From positions 1 to 46,755 of the forward strand of contig JAJZJB010000003.1 of assembly GCA_021810375.1 (NCBI GenBank): a stretch of 46,755 bases of DNA, in the 5' to 3' direction. Positions 9,718 through 18,862 of the stretch are shown piece by piece. The stretch's first letter is position 1, and each line of letters begins with the position of its first letter. The translations under genes and the position numbers were made by a program. The notes under the pieces are model-generated. The model made no database searches, was not told the origin of the DNA, and worked only from the letters and a program-made list of their open reading frames with translations. This stretch comes from Candidatus Micrarchaeota archaeon. Its GTDB lineage: Archaea > Micrarchaeota > Micrarchaeia > Micrarchaeales > CABMGC01.

Positions 9718-10236
9718 TCAACGCCTGAGAAGCGCTGTTGCGTGTGCCTCTATGCATTCTCCCGCGCCTGCTTCGCCAAGGCCTTCGCCGCTTGTTACGG
9801 TTATGCCCACCCTATCTACCTTGGACTTGAAGCCAAGAATGCCGGAAAGGCTCCCTACCATATTATCCACATGCGTGTCCAGCCTGGGCTGCTTTGCGAT
9901 TATTGCAACAGCCACGTTAACAGGTTTCCATCCGTCCTTCCTTACGATCTTAAGCGCCTCACCAACCATGGCTCTGCTGTCCGCATTGTGCCATCTCATA
10001 TCCGAGTCTGGGAAGTAATGCCCTATGTCGCGTTTCCCCGCGGCGCTGAATATGGCATTCGCCACTGCGTGCAGGACCACATCTCCGTCTGAATGTGCAA
10101 TTGGGCTAAGTTCCACTGAAACTAGCACTCCTGCAAGCATCAACGGTTTGGGCTCCTGCCTATACAGTACTGACACTATCTTTCTGGACTCTATTCTATG
10201 CGAGTCTATGCCATAACCTATCCTTATCTGCCTCAT
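9718..10236 (-). CDS. ispF: 2-C-methyl-D-erythritol 2,4-cyclodiphosphate synthase
   Basis: RIGYGIDSHR, HSDGDVVLHA, DIGHYFPDSD.RW..ADS, TSGEGLG. Confidence 0.9.
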   Translation of the reverse strand: MRQIRIGYGIDSHRIESRKIVSVLYRQEPKPLMLAGVLVSVELSPIAHSDGDVVLHAVANAIFSAAGKRDIGHYFPDSDMRWHNADSRAMVGEALKIVRKDGWKPVNVAVAIIAKQPRLDTHVDNMVGSLSGILGFKSKVDRVGITVTSGEGLGEAGAGECIEAHATALLRR

Positions 10237-10481
10237 ACCGATCTCCGCAGGCCTGCAAGCCCAACCATCTTTCTATTCTCGTAAAGTACCTGCCCAGAAA
10301 ATAGCCTTATCTGTTCTATAGAATCAAACGGAATCTTCCTCCCAACGAGCTCAATGCGCTCATTGTTTATGCTTATGTATCTGAGAATGCTGCATACGGG
10401 CACTTTTCCGGTCTCCTTGACCCAGACCATCTCGCCTATGTGGTGTATAATCCTCCCGGCATCAACCTTCCTGAACGTCAT
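10233..10481 (-). CDS. Hypothetical protein (82 aa)
   Basis: Fills the gap between the DHH gene and ispF; ATGA stop/start overlap with ispF. Confidence 0.5.
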   Translation of the reverse strand: MTFRKVDAGRIIHHIGEMVWVKETGKVPVCSILRYISINNERIELVGRKIPFDSIEQIRLFSGQVLYENRKMVGLAGLRRSV

Positions 10482-10534
10482 TGCATCAATAATGTTGTCT
10501 TACTGGTACTCTATAAACTTTGCCTTTGCCTTTC

Positions 10535-11566
10535 TCAATTGAACATCGGCTTTCTGCTGCTCCTGCCTTTCTTGCCCTCCTTGACATTTGAGAATATACG
10601 CAGTCTGCCTGCCGCTTGCTGAAGGTCTTCAACAAACCTTATCCTGTCGCTTTCCTTCTTAAGACCATTGTATCTATTGAAATCGGGGGAAAACCCTGCC
10701 GCATGGATGTGACCGCCGCCATGGAACTTGCCGGCAAGCCTAGAGACGTCGCTTTTTATGCTGCGCATATGACCCCGCCCATCCTTTAAATTTACATATA
10801 TGCCGATGTCCTTGCCAGTCTTCTCGATCAGCTTCATGCACGCGTATGTCTTCTGCACGTGCCCTGCAAAGCCTACGGCCATGTCCTTGCTCAAATATAC
10901 CTTCCTGAGCATCTTTTCAACCTCCCGGTCATTCATCCTCCTGAACCGTCTTGCATCGTCCTTTATCTTCTTGTCGAGGAGCCTGCCTCTAGAAATGACG
11001 TATGCGATGTGCCTCAGCGCCTTTGTACTGTCCTCATGGCTCTTGAGATGGTATGAGGCTATGCTAAGCGCATAATACCCTATGGTCTCGTAATCGCCCT
11101 TCGTCTTCGGCTTTATGTTGAAATCTGAATAGTGCACTATCCTGCAAAAATCTTTCGCGAACCTGCTGTTCACGCCAAGCTCTATCCTGGTTATCTCTGC
11201 ACCGCAATACTTCTCGTTCTCTCCCAGTATTGCCACATCGCACAGCCCAGCCAGCACTCTCTCGGCATTCTCAGACCACGGATGATGGTCAAACCAGAAG
11301 ACCCTGCCATTTCTTGCCTTCACTGACTTGACTATGCGCATGAAATATGGCATGGTCCTATCATTAACTGCAAGATCCGCTATAATGAGCGTAGTCCCAT
11401 CTCCTATGGCATCCTTCACCTCTTTCTCTACCTTAGCCAGGACCTCAAGGCTGTAATCTGCAAAGAACATTCTGCCAAGAGGAATGCCGTACTTCATCCT
11501 TATAAGCGCGGCGCTGCCTACGCCGTCTATATCGGTAGCATGGGTCAGCGATATAACATTCTGCAT
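10535..11566 (-). CDS. DHH/DHHA1 family phosphoesterase
   Basis: THATDIDG, IADL, WFDHH, C-terminal GGGHIHAAG. Confidence 0.9.
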   Translation of the reverse strand: MQNVISLTHATDIDGVGSAALIRMKYGIPLGRMFFADYSLEVLAKVEKEVKDAIGDGTTLIIADLAVNDRTMPYFMRIVKSVKARNGRVFWFDHHPWSENAERVLAGLCDVAILGENEKYCGAEITRIELGVNSRFAKDFCRIVHYSDFNIKPKTKGDYETIGYYALSIASYHLKSHEDSTKALRHIAYVISRGRLLDKKIKDDARRFRRMNDREVEKMLRKVYLSKDMAVGFAGHVQKTYACMKLIEKTGKDIGIYVNLKDGRGHMRSIKSDVSRLAGKFHGGGHIHAAGFSPDFNRYNGLKKESDRIRFVEDLQQAAGRLRIFSNVKEGKKGRSSRKPMFN

Positions 11567-11625
11567 AAAGGATTGATTATCATCGAGTTAATATTAAGCT
11601 ATCGAACTATTCCTGAGCTTGCACT

Positions 11626-11669
11626 AAAGGAACAAAAAAGAAAGGAAGGCCTGTCCTGGCAGACAGGCC
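11626..11669 (-). terminator. Hairpin plus T-tract downstream of 11677-12177
   Basis: GGCCTGTC-N6-GACAGGCC (11648-11669) followed on the minus strand by TTCCTTTCTTTTTTG. Confidence 0.6.
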
Positions 11670-11676
11670 AGATTCC

Positions 11677-12177
11677 TTATTGTGGAGGTGATATAATAAG
11701 TGTATTGGTCGCCTTGCCAGCATATCTGTAGTAAACCTTGTGACCTAATTGGTGCCTCTCGAGCAAGCCCCGCATATAAAGCCTGTTCAGTCTTGCGCAG
11801 GCACCATTCCTTCCCCTGTACTTCATGAACTCCATGAGATCATCGGCACAGGCCATGCCCTTCGATTGTATGAAGTCAAGCACTGCCGTGTCGATGCCGG
11901 AGAGCGCCACTTCCATCCGTTCCTGCACCTGCTCGGGCTGCTGTTCGCTCATGTATATGCTCTTAACAGCATTGCCCAGCGCTATTATCTTCTCCTTCAT
12001 CTCATCCAACTTCTTGTTTGTCCTTTCCCTCTCCTCTAACATATATCTCAGCAATGCCGTTACACCGTCTGCGTCAGAGTCATGGGATTCTCCTGGAGGC
12101 GTCTCTTTTGAGAGCTCCTCTACCTCGCTTTTAAGGGCATCAAGTTCCTTCATTATTTGTTCCCTATCCTTAGCCAC
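11677..12177 (-). CDS. Coiled-coil plus C-terminal winged-helix protein
   Basis: Heptad-rich N-terminus; C-terminal LSGIDTAVLDFIQSKGMACADDL...ARLNRLYMRGLLERHQLGHKVYY wHTH; GTG start. Confidence 0.7.
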   Translation of the reverse strand: MAKDREQIMKELDALKSEVEELSKETPPGESHDSDADGVTALLRYMLEERERTNKKLDEMKEKIIALGNAVKSIYMSEQQPEQVQERMEVALSGIDTAVLDFIQSKGMACADDLMEFMKYRGRNGACARLNRLYMRGLLERHQLGHKVYYRYAGKATNTLIISPPQ

Positions 12178-12228
12178 ACCACAACCCCATTGCGAAATTT
12201 TTACAGATCATTCAAGATCTGTTCATAT

Positions 12229-12279
12229 ATCACGATTGTTTCGTGTTGGTATCACGAAAGAATCATGAAGCAATCATGT
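12229..12279. promoter_or_regulatory. Periodic ATCAYGW repeat array, putative operator
   Basis: ATCACGA at 12229 and 12251, ATCATGA at 12262, ATCATGT at 12273, plus CACGA-N5-TCGTG palindrome 12231-12245; lies between a TATA-like box (~12293-12303) and the 12177 start. Confidence 0.5.
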
Positions 12280-12450
12280 ATGAGAAAATACATATTTATA
12301 AACCTTGCGCTTTAGTGGAATTATCAGGCAATAAAAAAAGCAGAGCAGCTTACCTCGCTACTCCGAGGTCAACTTAACATATGCATATTCTCTAATCAGC
12401 CTTTTAAATACTTTGTTCGTTGATAGATATGTTTTCAATAGGCATAGAAC

Positions 12451-12957
12451 ATGGAGCATATACTGATTCCAAAGGAGAGGGCCAAAGTACTTGACCTGAA
12501 GACACTCAAGGAGCTTCGGAAGAAACTCAAATGCAAGATAGAGATACGCGACGCGAACGAGATTATCTTAACCGGAGAGCCATATGACGAGTATAATGCG
12601 AGGAACGTGGTGCAGGCGTTCGGGAGAGGGTTCACTCTCAATTCTGCATACAAGCTCCTCGACGACACATATTTCTTCAAGTATATAGACCTGAGGGATA
12701 TGTTTAGAAATAAGGAACAGATAAAGAGGTTAAAGGCCCGGATAATAGGAGAATCCGGCAGGTCAAAAGGATATATAGAATCGGTGAGCGAGACCGAAAT
12801 CTCCATATATGGTGACACAATAAGCATAATAGGAAAAGTAGAGGGAATAGGCATAGCAGTGACTGGCATAGAAACGCTCCTTGGCGGCGGCACGCACAAG
12901 AAAGCATATCGCCTGATGGAACAGGCCCGCAGGAAAACCGAGGAAGAGGCAAGATAA
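12451..12957 (+). CDS. KH-domain rRNA processing protein (Dim2/Pno1/Krr1-like)
   Basis: AFGRGF...A..LL, RLKARIIGESGRSK..IE, LL.G..H..AY; usual neighbour of top6B. Confidence 0.9.
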   Translation: MEHILIPKERAKVLDLKTLKELRKKLKCKIEIRDANEIILTGEPYDEYNARNVVQAFGRGFTLNSAYKLLDDTYFFKYIDLRDMFRNKEQIKRLKARIIGESGRSKGYIESVSETEISIYGDTISIIGKVEGIGIAVTGIETLLGGGTHKKAYRLMEQARRKTEEEAR

Positions 12958-12959
12958 TC

Positions 12960-14585
12960 ATGGCAGAACCACGAGCGACACTAAACGCCGACGAGATCTT
13001 CAAACAGTTCAAGCAGTACTCGATATCCGAATTCTTCAGGAAGAACAGCCAGATGCTTGGGTATTCGGGAAAGGTAAGGTCCCTGACTACTATAGTCCAT
13101 GAATATGTTACGAATTCCCTCGATGCAACAGAGGAGGCCAACATACTTCCGGATATAACTGTCGAGGTAAAACAGGTTGCAGAGGACAAATACCATGTGC
13201 TTGTTGCCGACAACGGACCAGGCATACCCCAGAGCCACATAGGTAAGGCCCTTGCCACGATACTTGCGGGAACCAAGTTCCACAGGTACATACAGCAGAG
13301 GGGCCAGCAGGGCATTGGCGCAACCGGATGCACCCTTTATGCGCAGGTCACTACAGGAAAGCCGATACATGTCAAATCGGGAACTGGAAAGGGTGCGTAC
13401 GAATGTGATCTCTCACTTGACATTAAATCGAACAAGCCCCTTATCGCCAATCTGGAGAAGCTGGACGGGGATTTCCGCGGAACAGTCATCAGCGGCGATT
13501 TCGGAGACGTAAAATACGAGTCCAGCGACCACGGCATATATGAATATCTCAAGAGAACAGCACTCTCCAACCCGCATGCGAGCATAAAGCTGGTGGAGCC
13601 TGACGGCAAGGAAGTGGTTTTTCTAAGATCTGTCCAGGAACTCCCGAAGAAGCCTAAGCAGATAAAACCACACCCACTGGGTATAGGCACAAGCGACCTG
13701 CTCGATGCAGCGCACCTGAGCGAGAACCGAAGACTATCTGCTTTCCTTATCGAGGCATTCTCCAGGGTGACCCAGAACAAGGTCGACGAACTCCATGCTA
13801 TTGCCCCTGAGATCGACATGGCCATGGATCCACACACGCTTGCATGGTCAGATGCGGAGAAGCTGATCAAGGCCATACACCAGATAAAGTGGATTGCACC
13901 GGATCTCGATTCACTCTCAACGATAGGCGAGACCCAGATGGAAGTTGCAACAAAGAACATACTTAATCCGCAGTTCAGCGCAGTTATAGAGCGCAGACCA
14001 AAGGTCTTCAGGGGCGGAATACCTTTTGTAATCGAGTCATGCATAGCATACGGCGGAAATGCCGGTAGAGCAACCGCTGAGGGATCCAAGGGGAGCATAC
14101 TCCGTTTTGCAAACAAGGTGCCGCTGCTCTTCGATGGGTCAAGCTGCGCAATAACTACCGCTGTAAACGGAATAGACTGGAAGAGATATGGCATAAGCAA
14201 GTTCGAGGAGGAGCCAGTCAGCGTAGTGGTCAACGTATCCAGCGTTTACATACCTTATTCAGGAGTGGGCAAACAGGCTATTGCACAGGAAGACGAGATA
14301 ATAGAAGAGATAAAGCTCGCTGTGCAAGACTGCGGTAGAGCCCTCCAGCGCCATATAAGCGGCATAAAGAGCAGGGAACTTAAGGAGACGAGGCTTAATG
14401 CCCTCATGAGATATGTAGACCAAATGTCTACTGACCTGAGCGACGTGACAGGTCAGAACAAGGACCAAATCAAGAAGTCGCTGACCAGGCTCATAGAGAA
14501 TCGGTATAAGGACACCGAAGAGGGGGACCCCGAGCAGAAGGAAAATTCGGAAGCCGATGCCGCCGGCGAAGAGCCGGAGGAATAA
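12960..14585 (+). CDS. top6B: DNA topoisomerase VI subunit B
   Basis: SEFFRKN..MLGY, HEYVTNSLDA, DNGPGI, RGQQGIG, KPHPLG, LRFANKVPLLF. Confidence 0.96.
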   Translation: MAEPRATLNADEIFKQFKQYSISEFFRKNSQMLGYSGKVRSLTTIVHEYVTNSLDATEEANILPDITVEVKQVAEDKYHVLVADNGPGIPQSHIGKALATILAGTKFHRYIQQRGQQGIGATGCTLYAQVTTGKPIHVKSGTGKGAYECDLSLDIKSNKPLIANLEKLDGDFRGTVISGDFGDVKYESSDHGIYEYLKRTALSNPHASIKLVEPDGKEVVFLRSVQELPKKPKQIKPHPLGIGTSDLLDAAHLSENRRLSAFLIEAFSRVTQNKVDELHAIAPEIDMAMDPHTLAWSDAEKLIKAIHQIKWIAPDLDSLSTIGETQMEVATKNILNPQFSAVIERRPKVFRGGIPFVIESCIAYGGNAGRATAEGSKGSILRFANKVPLLFDGSSCAITTAVNGIDWKRYGISKFEEEPVSVVVNVSSVYIPYSGVGKQAIAQEDEIIEEIKLAVQDCGRALQRHISGIKSRELKETRLNALMRYVDQMSTDLSDVTGQNKDQIKKSLTRLIENRYKDTEEGDPEQKENSEADAAGEEPEE

Positions 14586-14761
14586 CAAATCGCGCGAATT
14601 TCTCCTCCCAGCATGAGGCATGGCCAGGCCATTACGTGCGGCGAGTATTCGCAATAACGCGAGTCATGCACATTATCCCTACACCTCAATGAGTTATTCG
14701 CTTCCCTATACAACCTAGCCCAAGGCCGTGTATCGGGGCTCCAAGATGCTGTGGCCACATA

Positions 14762-17182
14762 CTATAGGATGAACTGGTCGAGGTTATCCGTGTCTATAAG
14801 TATTATATAAGAATATTCTATGCCCATCTTTAGAAGCTCCGCATCATCACCATACGAGTTATAGAGCCTGCCAACGAAGTCAAGCTTCTGCATCTCAGAA
14901 AGAAATACTACATATACCTTGTAAGCGTTGTTCAGCGCAACATCCTTCATTCCAGATATGGAGGAATATATTATCACATGGGCTTGCGATCCCCTCTTGG
15001 TTATTATCATGTCAATGTGCGGATCTGCATCAAGATCCGTGAAGAGCATCGCATTCTGCACGCAGTAATCCCTTAATTTCCTGAATATTGTCAGATACTC
15101 TATATCGTGGTGCGATTCCGTAATCCACTTGACAGGAGCATAATATCCCCCGCTTGCCACCAGAGCACCCTCGTTTGCCAGTTTGTTTAGCACGGCTGTG
15201 GTGTTCTGCAGGGTTATTGCTATTGGCACGTTCTCATACCGTATGTTCGAGCTGACGCCGTTCTTTACCTCCTCTGCTGTCAACGGCATGTATTTCCACC
15301 TGTATGTGTAGTTTACAGAGTCGAAAATGCCGGTTATTGCATTCCTGTCGGTCTTAAGCTTCACCCTCCTTGCCGGTGGGAAGTTAGGCACGTCTATGAA
15401 GTAATCGTCCTGTGCAGGAGCCTTCAACAGGACGTTTAGAAGGACTACGATGGCTATTGCTATGCCGAATTCTATGTAAAGCGGTGGGATCGATATGCCA
15501 GCTGGCTGAATATAGCCTACCTTATACTCATATGTAGTCCCAAACATGCCAAACGCGAATGTCTTCTGCCCATATTGCTCCACCGCACCGCTTGGTAATG
15601 CATAGATCAGTTTGCCATTCTGCGTTGTCTTTCCATTCTCCGTATATGCGCCGTTCACGCTGACTGTATAAGATATATTGTATAACGGTATATGGTTGCT
15701 GGATACGTTGAATATGAAGGTGTTGTTCTTGAAGTTGAGCGCAACAGGGCTAAAAGTCACATTCGCGACCTGGAAGAGCGTTGCTGTGTATGGCGTTGAA
15801 CTGATGTCCTGCAGTTCTGCTATGTAATAGCCACTTGGAAGCGAGAAATGGGAATACTGCTGCACGCTGAATGGCTTGCTGAAGAAACCAACAGGCAGCG
15901 AGCCAAAGAGGTTCCCGCTCAGGTTGAGTATGCTCAGGTGGAAAGATGTCTGCTGGTCGAGCGCGTTGGAGCTGCTTATCGTTATAGGCACTATCTGTGT
16001 CTCACCTACTATCGGCTGCATGCTTACCAGACCATCAGAAAGGAACTCCGACATGAAAGGTATCTGAGTCTCAACCTGGTATCTGTCATTGCTGATGAAT
16101 ATCTGTGCTACTGAATAGCTGTCCTGATACCGGAGCGCTTCGGATTCGTTTATAGGGTAGCCTGCCTGCTGCTGGAGTGTAAGCACCGGCGCTGTTCCTA
16201 TGGCCGTGGCATTTGTTATATTGTACTTTGCGTATCCGTATGTGAGCCTGTTGAACCAGAACTTCGAGTCTATCATTGTTGCTATGTCATTTGCAAGCGA
16301 GCTGGCGTTGTTCCATCCTGCTGTGGGGTAGTTGCTCAGTGCTATAAGAGTTCCATTTTCTACATTTATCCAGCTTACGTTTCCCTCTTCCTCTATGCCG
16401 CGGTAGAACCTGAAAGTCGGGGATGAAAAATGCAGGTTAAGTTGCATGCTACTGTTTAAGACAGTCTGCCCCGATCGGAAAGGAAGCGTTGCTATGCCAG
16501 AGTAGTTGAGCAAAGCAAGATTTGATTGCGGTGTTACGAATCTGCCTCCCTGAAGCCCTATGGCCCCAGAAAAGTTAGTACCTACATATATGACTGAGTC
16601 TCCTCGTGCGAGTAGACCAAGAAGCGTCTCGTTTCCAGTGAGATCTATGCCTGCAAAGGGCTGGCCCGGCAGCAGGCTACCTGGAATGAGCCCGGTAGCA
16701 AGCACTATTATCGAATTGTCTGGTACAGTACTCAGGTTCTCCAGTGAGACAAGGTTGAAGCTAGTGGCGTTTTCTATCAATCCGTGCTGTCTGAGCGAGA
16801 CCTGCAACGCGTCTTCCAGCGAACTGGTCTGGAAGCACTGTATGCAATAATCAACCGCTCCTATCAGCGAGTCTGCAAGATATACGCGCTCTACAGGTTG
16901 CTTTGAGTACATTGCCAGCGATACGTTCATAGCAGTTGCATTGGAAAGCCTGTAGCTCAGCAATGCATATCCTACGATGTCCTGGGAGTTGTTGTATACG
17001 AGGAGATTATCCCTGGCTATCGAGATATTGCCAGCTATGGTTCCGTTCACCTCCGGAGCGGACTTAAAGTTCAGCCCGCCTATTGAGATCGCGATATATC
17101 CTACCATCAACAGCACTGCGAGTGCTATGACCGCTAGCACAACCACTATTATGCGTATCTTCGATTCCATGTAGGCCCTCAT
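14762..17182 (-). CDS. Large membrane-anchored glycoprotein-like protein (806 aa) with cytoplasmic C-terminal domain
   Basis: N-terminal hydrophobic helix, long beta-rich region with many N-x-S/T sequons, second TM (LYIEFGIAIAIVVLLNVLL), then ~220-aa soluble tail. Confidence 0.75.
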   Translation of the reverse strand: MRAYMESKIRIIVVVLAVIALAVLLMVGYIAISIGGLNFKSAPEVNGTIAGNISIARDNLLVYNNSQDIVGYALLSYRLSNATAMNVSLAMYSKQPVERVYLADSLIGAVDYCIQCFQTSSLEDALQVSLRQHGLIENATSFNLVSLENLSTVPDNSIIVLATGLIPGSLLPGQPFAGIDLTGNETLLGLLARGDSVIYVGTNFSGAIGLQGGRFVTPQSNLALLNYSGIATLPFRSGQTVLNSSMQLNLHFSSPTFRFYRGIEEEGNVSWINVENGTLIALSNYPTAGWNNASSLANDIATMIDSKFWFNRLTYGYAKYNITNATAIGTAPVLTLQQQAGYPINESEALRYQDSYSVAQIFISNDRYQVETQIPFMSEFLSDGLVSMQPIVGETQIVPITISSSNALDQQTSFHLSILNLSGNLFGSLPVGFFSKPFSVQQYSHFSLPSGYYIAELQDISSTPYTATLFQVANVTFSPVALNFKNNTFIFNVSSNHIPLYNISYTVSVNGAYTENGKTTQNGKLIYALPSGAVEQYGQKTFAFGMFGTTYEYKVGYIQPAGISIPPLYIEFGIAIAIVVLLNVLLKAPAQDDYFIDVPNFPPARRVKLKTDRNAITGIFDSVNYTYRWKYMPLTAEEVKNGVSSNIRYENVPIAITLQNTTAVLNKLANEGALVASGGYYAPVKWITESHHDIEYLTIFRKLRDYCVQNAMLFTDLDADPHIDMIITKRGSQAHVIIYSSISGMKDVALNNAYKVYVVFLSEMQKLDFVGRLYNSYGDDAELLKMGIEYSYIILIDTDNLDQFIL

Positions 17183-17329
17183 TCAAGTGCCCTTGCCCTT
17201 AACAAGGTACTTCTCAAGCAGGGCCTGTACGAACCGTGAAACGGCATTGGACTGGTCGTTCACACGCTTTATGACCCTGTAGGTCTTGACGTACTTGAAC
17301 CTCCTCTTTACTGACACTGAGTACTGCAT
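17183..17329 (-). CDS. Small basic protein (48 aa, absent from ORF track)
   Basis: MQYSVSVKRRFKYVKTYRVIKRVNDQSNAVSRFVQALLEKYLVKGKGT; fills the intergenic gap exactly, GGAGTGAC precedes the ATG, stop abuts the next ATG. Confidence 0.65.
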   Translation of the reverse strand: MQYSVSVKRRFKYVKTYRVIKRVNDQSNAVSRFVQALLEKYLVKGKGT

Positions 17330-17330
17330 G

Positions 17331-18062
17331 TCACTCCTTCAGTTCGAGGTATCCTTGTGACACCATCTTATCAAGTATCTGCTCTACCCTTGGCTGCACT
17401 ATATTGTATGCCTTGGCAAACTCGCCTACATCTATTGTGCTGTTGTGCACTTCTATCCAGTCCATTACCATATTCATAAGCGCTTGATCGGAGTACTTCT
17501 GCAATGCTGCGATGTCTTCCTTCAGCTTCTTGTTCTCCTCGTTAAGCTGGCTTGTCTGAACTGTGAGGTTTCTGTTTGCCGCGCTCAATTCGAGGTTTAG
17601 CCTTTTTAGCTCCCTATACTCGGAAAGCTGCGAATCATACTTGTTGAACAAGCTACTGTAGTTGTCCGAGAGCCCTTTAAGCAGGTCATCCACTACCGAA
17701 TCTACATACTGGTAGAACCTAGTCTCATCTATCTTGAATATGCCAGAAAGTATGGAGAGCATGGATATCATATCTTTTATGACGTATGCCCTCCTCATGC
17801 GGTCGCTCGTGTCTGGTGGGATCGAGTATATGGCTCCTATTGAGTCCTTAGAGATCTCTATCATGTAGAAAAGGTATGGCTTCTTGTTTATGTTCCTGCT
17901 CTCTATTCGCGCAGCAACCAGCTTCCCATCCTCTAACTTAATAGAATAGAAAGGTATCTGCGAGATCCGCGCAAGCGCCTGCTCCAGTGTGCCGTTCAGG
18001 GCTCCACCGAAAGTGACCTCCTCGACTTTCGGGATGGTCACTGTCTCTGCGGTCATGCTCAT
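17331..18062 (-). CDS. Coiled-coil protein with C-terminal winged-helix domain
   Basis: Long heptad region (YRELKRLNLELSAANRNL...LNEENKKLKEDIAAL) and IDVGEFAKAYNIVQPRVEQILDKMVSQGYL. Confidence 0.7.
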   Translation of the reverse strand: MSMTAETVTIPKVEEVTFGGALNGTLEQALARISQIPFYSIKLEDGKLVAARIESRNINKKPYLFYMIEISKDSIGAIYSIPPDTSDRMRRAYVIKDMISMLSILSGIFKIDETRFYQYVDSVVDDLLKGLSDNYSSLFNKYDSQLSEYRELKRLNLELSAANRNLTVQTSQLNEENKKLKEDIAALQKYSDQALMNMVMDWIEVHNSTIDVGEFAKAYNIVQPRVEQILDKMVSQGYLELKE

Positions 18063-18138
18063 CAAACCAAGCTATATAGTTATTGAGATAGGAACTTTCT
18101 TATACTTGCCCTATTGCCGCTGAGAGCATGCATGCGCG

Positions 18139-18552
18139 TTATGTGCCGAGGAACCGCCGAGACTTGGTTGTTCCCCGAGCCGCCTTTCCCTTCGCTGTCC
18201 CTCCGTTGCCAAGGTCGAGGGCAGGCATGTAACTAAGCAGGGAGAGCAGATAAAAGAAGGCCAGTATGGCCAGGGTGAGCGCGAAGGTCTTCAAGCTGGG
18301 CCCTGTAAGCAATCCTAATATTACAAATATGATCCCAAGGCCAACGTAGAGCATGCGCCTTCCGGTGAATTTCTTCCTTGCCTTGTTGTACTGCGGCCAG
18401 TCCTCCTTGCACACCACCAGGATATTGTCCCTTGCGTTCCTGGTTATGTTTCTCTTGAACCAGCGCATTGACTCGAGCACCCAGTCGCTCTTCACCCGTA
18501 TTCCCTGCTTCTCCTTGCCGCATATGATGCACACAAAACCTTTGGCTGCCAT
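18139..18552 (-). CDS. Membrane protein with N-terminal Cys motif and two TM helices
   Basis: CIICG...VVCKED, two hydrophobic segments; co-oriented in the operon. Confidence 0.7.
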   Translation of the reverse strand: MAAKGFVCIICGKEKQGIRVKSDWVLESMRWFKRNITRNARDNILVVCKEDWPQYNKARKKFTGRRMLYVGLGIIFVILGLLTGPSLKTFALTLAILAFFYLLSLLSYMPALDLGNGGTAKGKAARGTTKSRRFLGT

Positions 18553-18560
18553 GATAATCA

Positions 18561-18857
18561 CTAATCTACGTTAAGTTCTACCACTTTCCCGTATGTCTCG
18601 CTTATGTTCTGCTCGTCAAGCATGTTGAATATGTCTGTTATCGTAACGTCATCGACGCCTATTCTCCTGAGTATGTTTGACGCATCTGCCGGTCTGACTC
18701 CATACCTCCGCAGCATGCTTACAAAGGCCAGCGCGTTTATGTGCCTGTGCGTCTTGTTGATCTGGTTGAGCATGTCGTCTATGTTCTTGGTGCTGACCTT
18801 GAATGCTGCGAGGACCTGCTCGAGCTTTATCCTGTTGATCACGAATGTGTTTGCCAT
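18561..18857 (-). CDS. Small helical protein homologous to the C-terminal domain of the adjacent ATPase
   Basis: Gapless similarity to the last ~75 aa of 18863-20365. Confidence 0.75.
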   Translation of the reverse strand: MANTFVINRIKLEQVLAAFKVSTKNIDDMLNQINKTHRHINALAFVSMLRRYGVRPADASNILRRIGVDDVTITDIFNMLDEQNISETYGKVVELNVD

Positions 18858-18862
18858 TCAAT

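Noticed and set aside
13337-14233. Long antisense ORF (298 aa) and similar shadows such as 6774-7442 and 29934-30632
   Set aside because: They lie opposite confidently identified genes and have no motifs; typical antisense shadows
14586-14761. GC-rich spacer between top6B and the 806-aa gene, considered as ncRNA or att site
   Set aside because: No convincing fold and no matching repeat seen at the other end of the cluster
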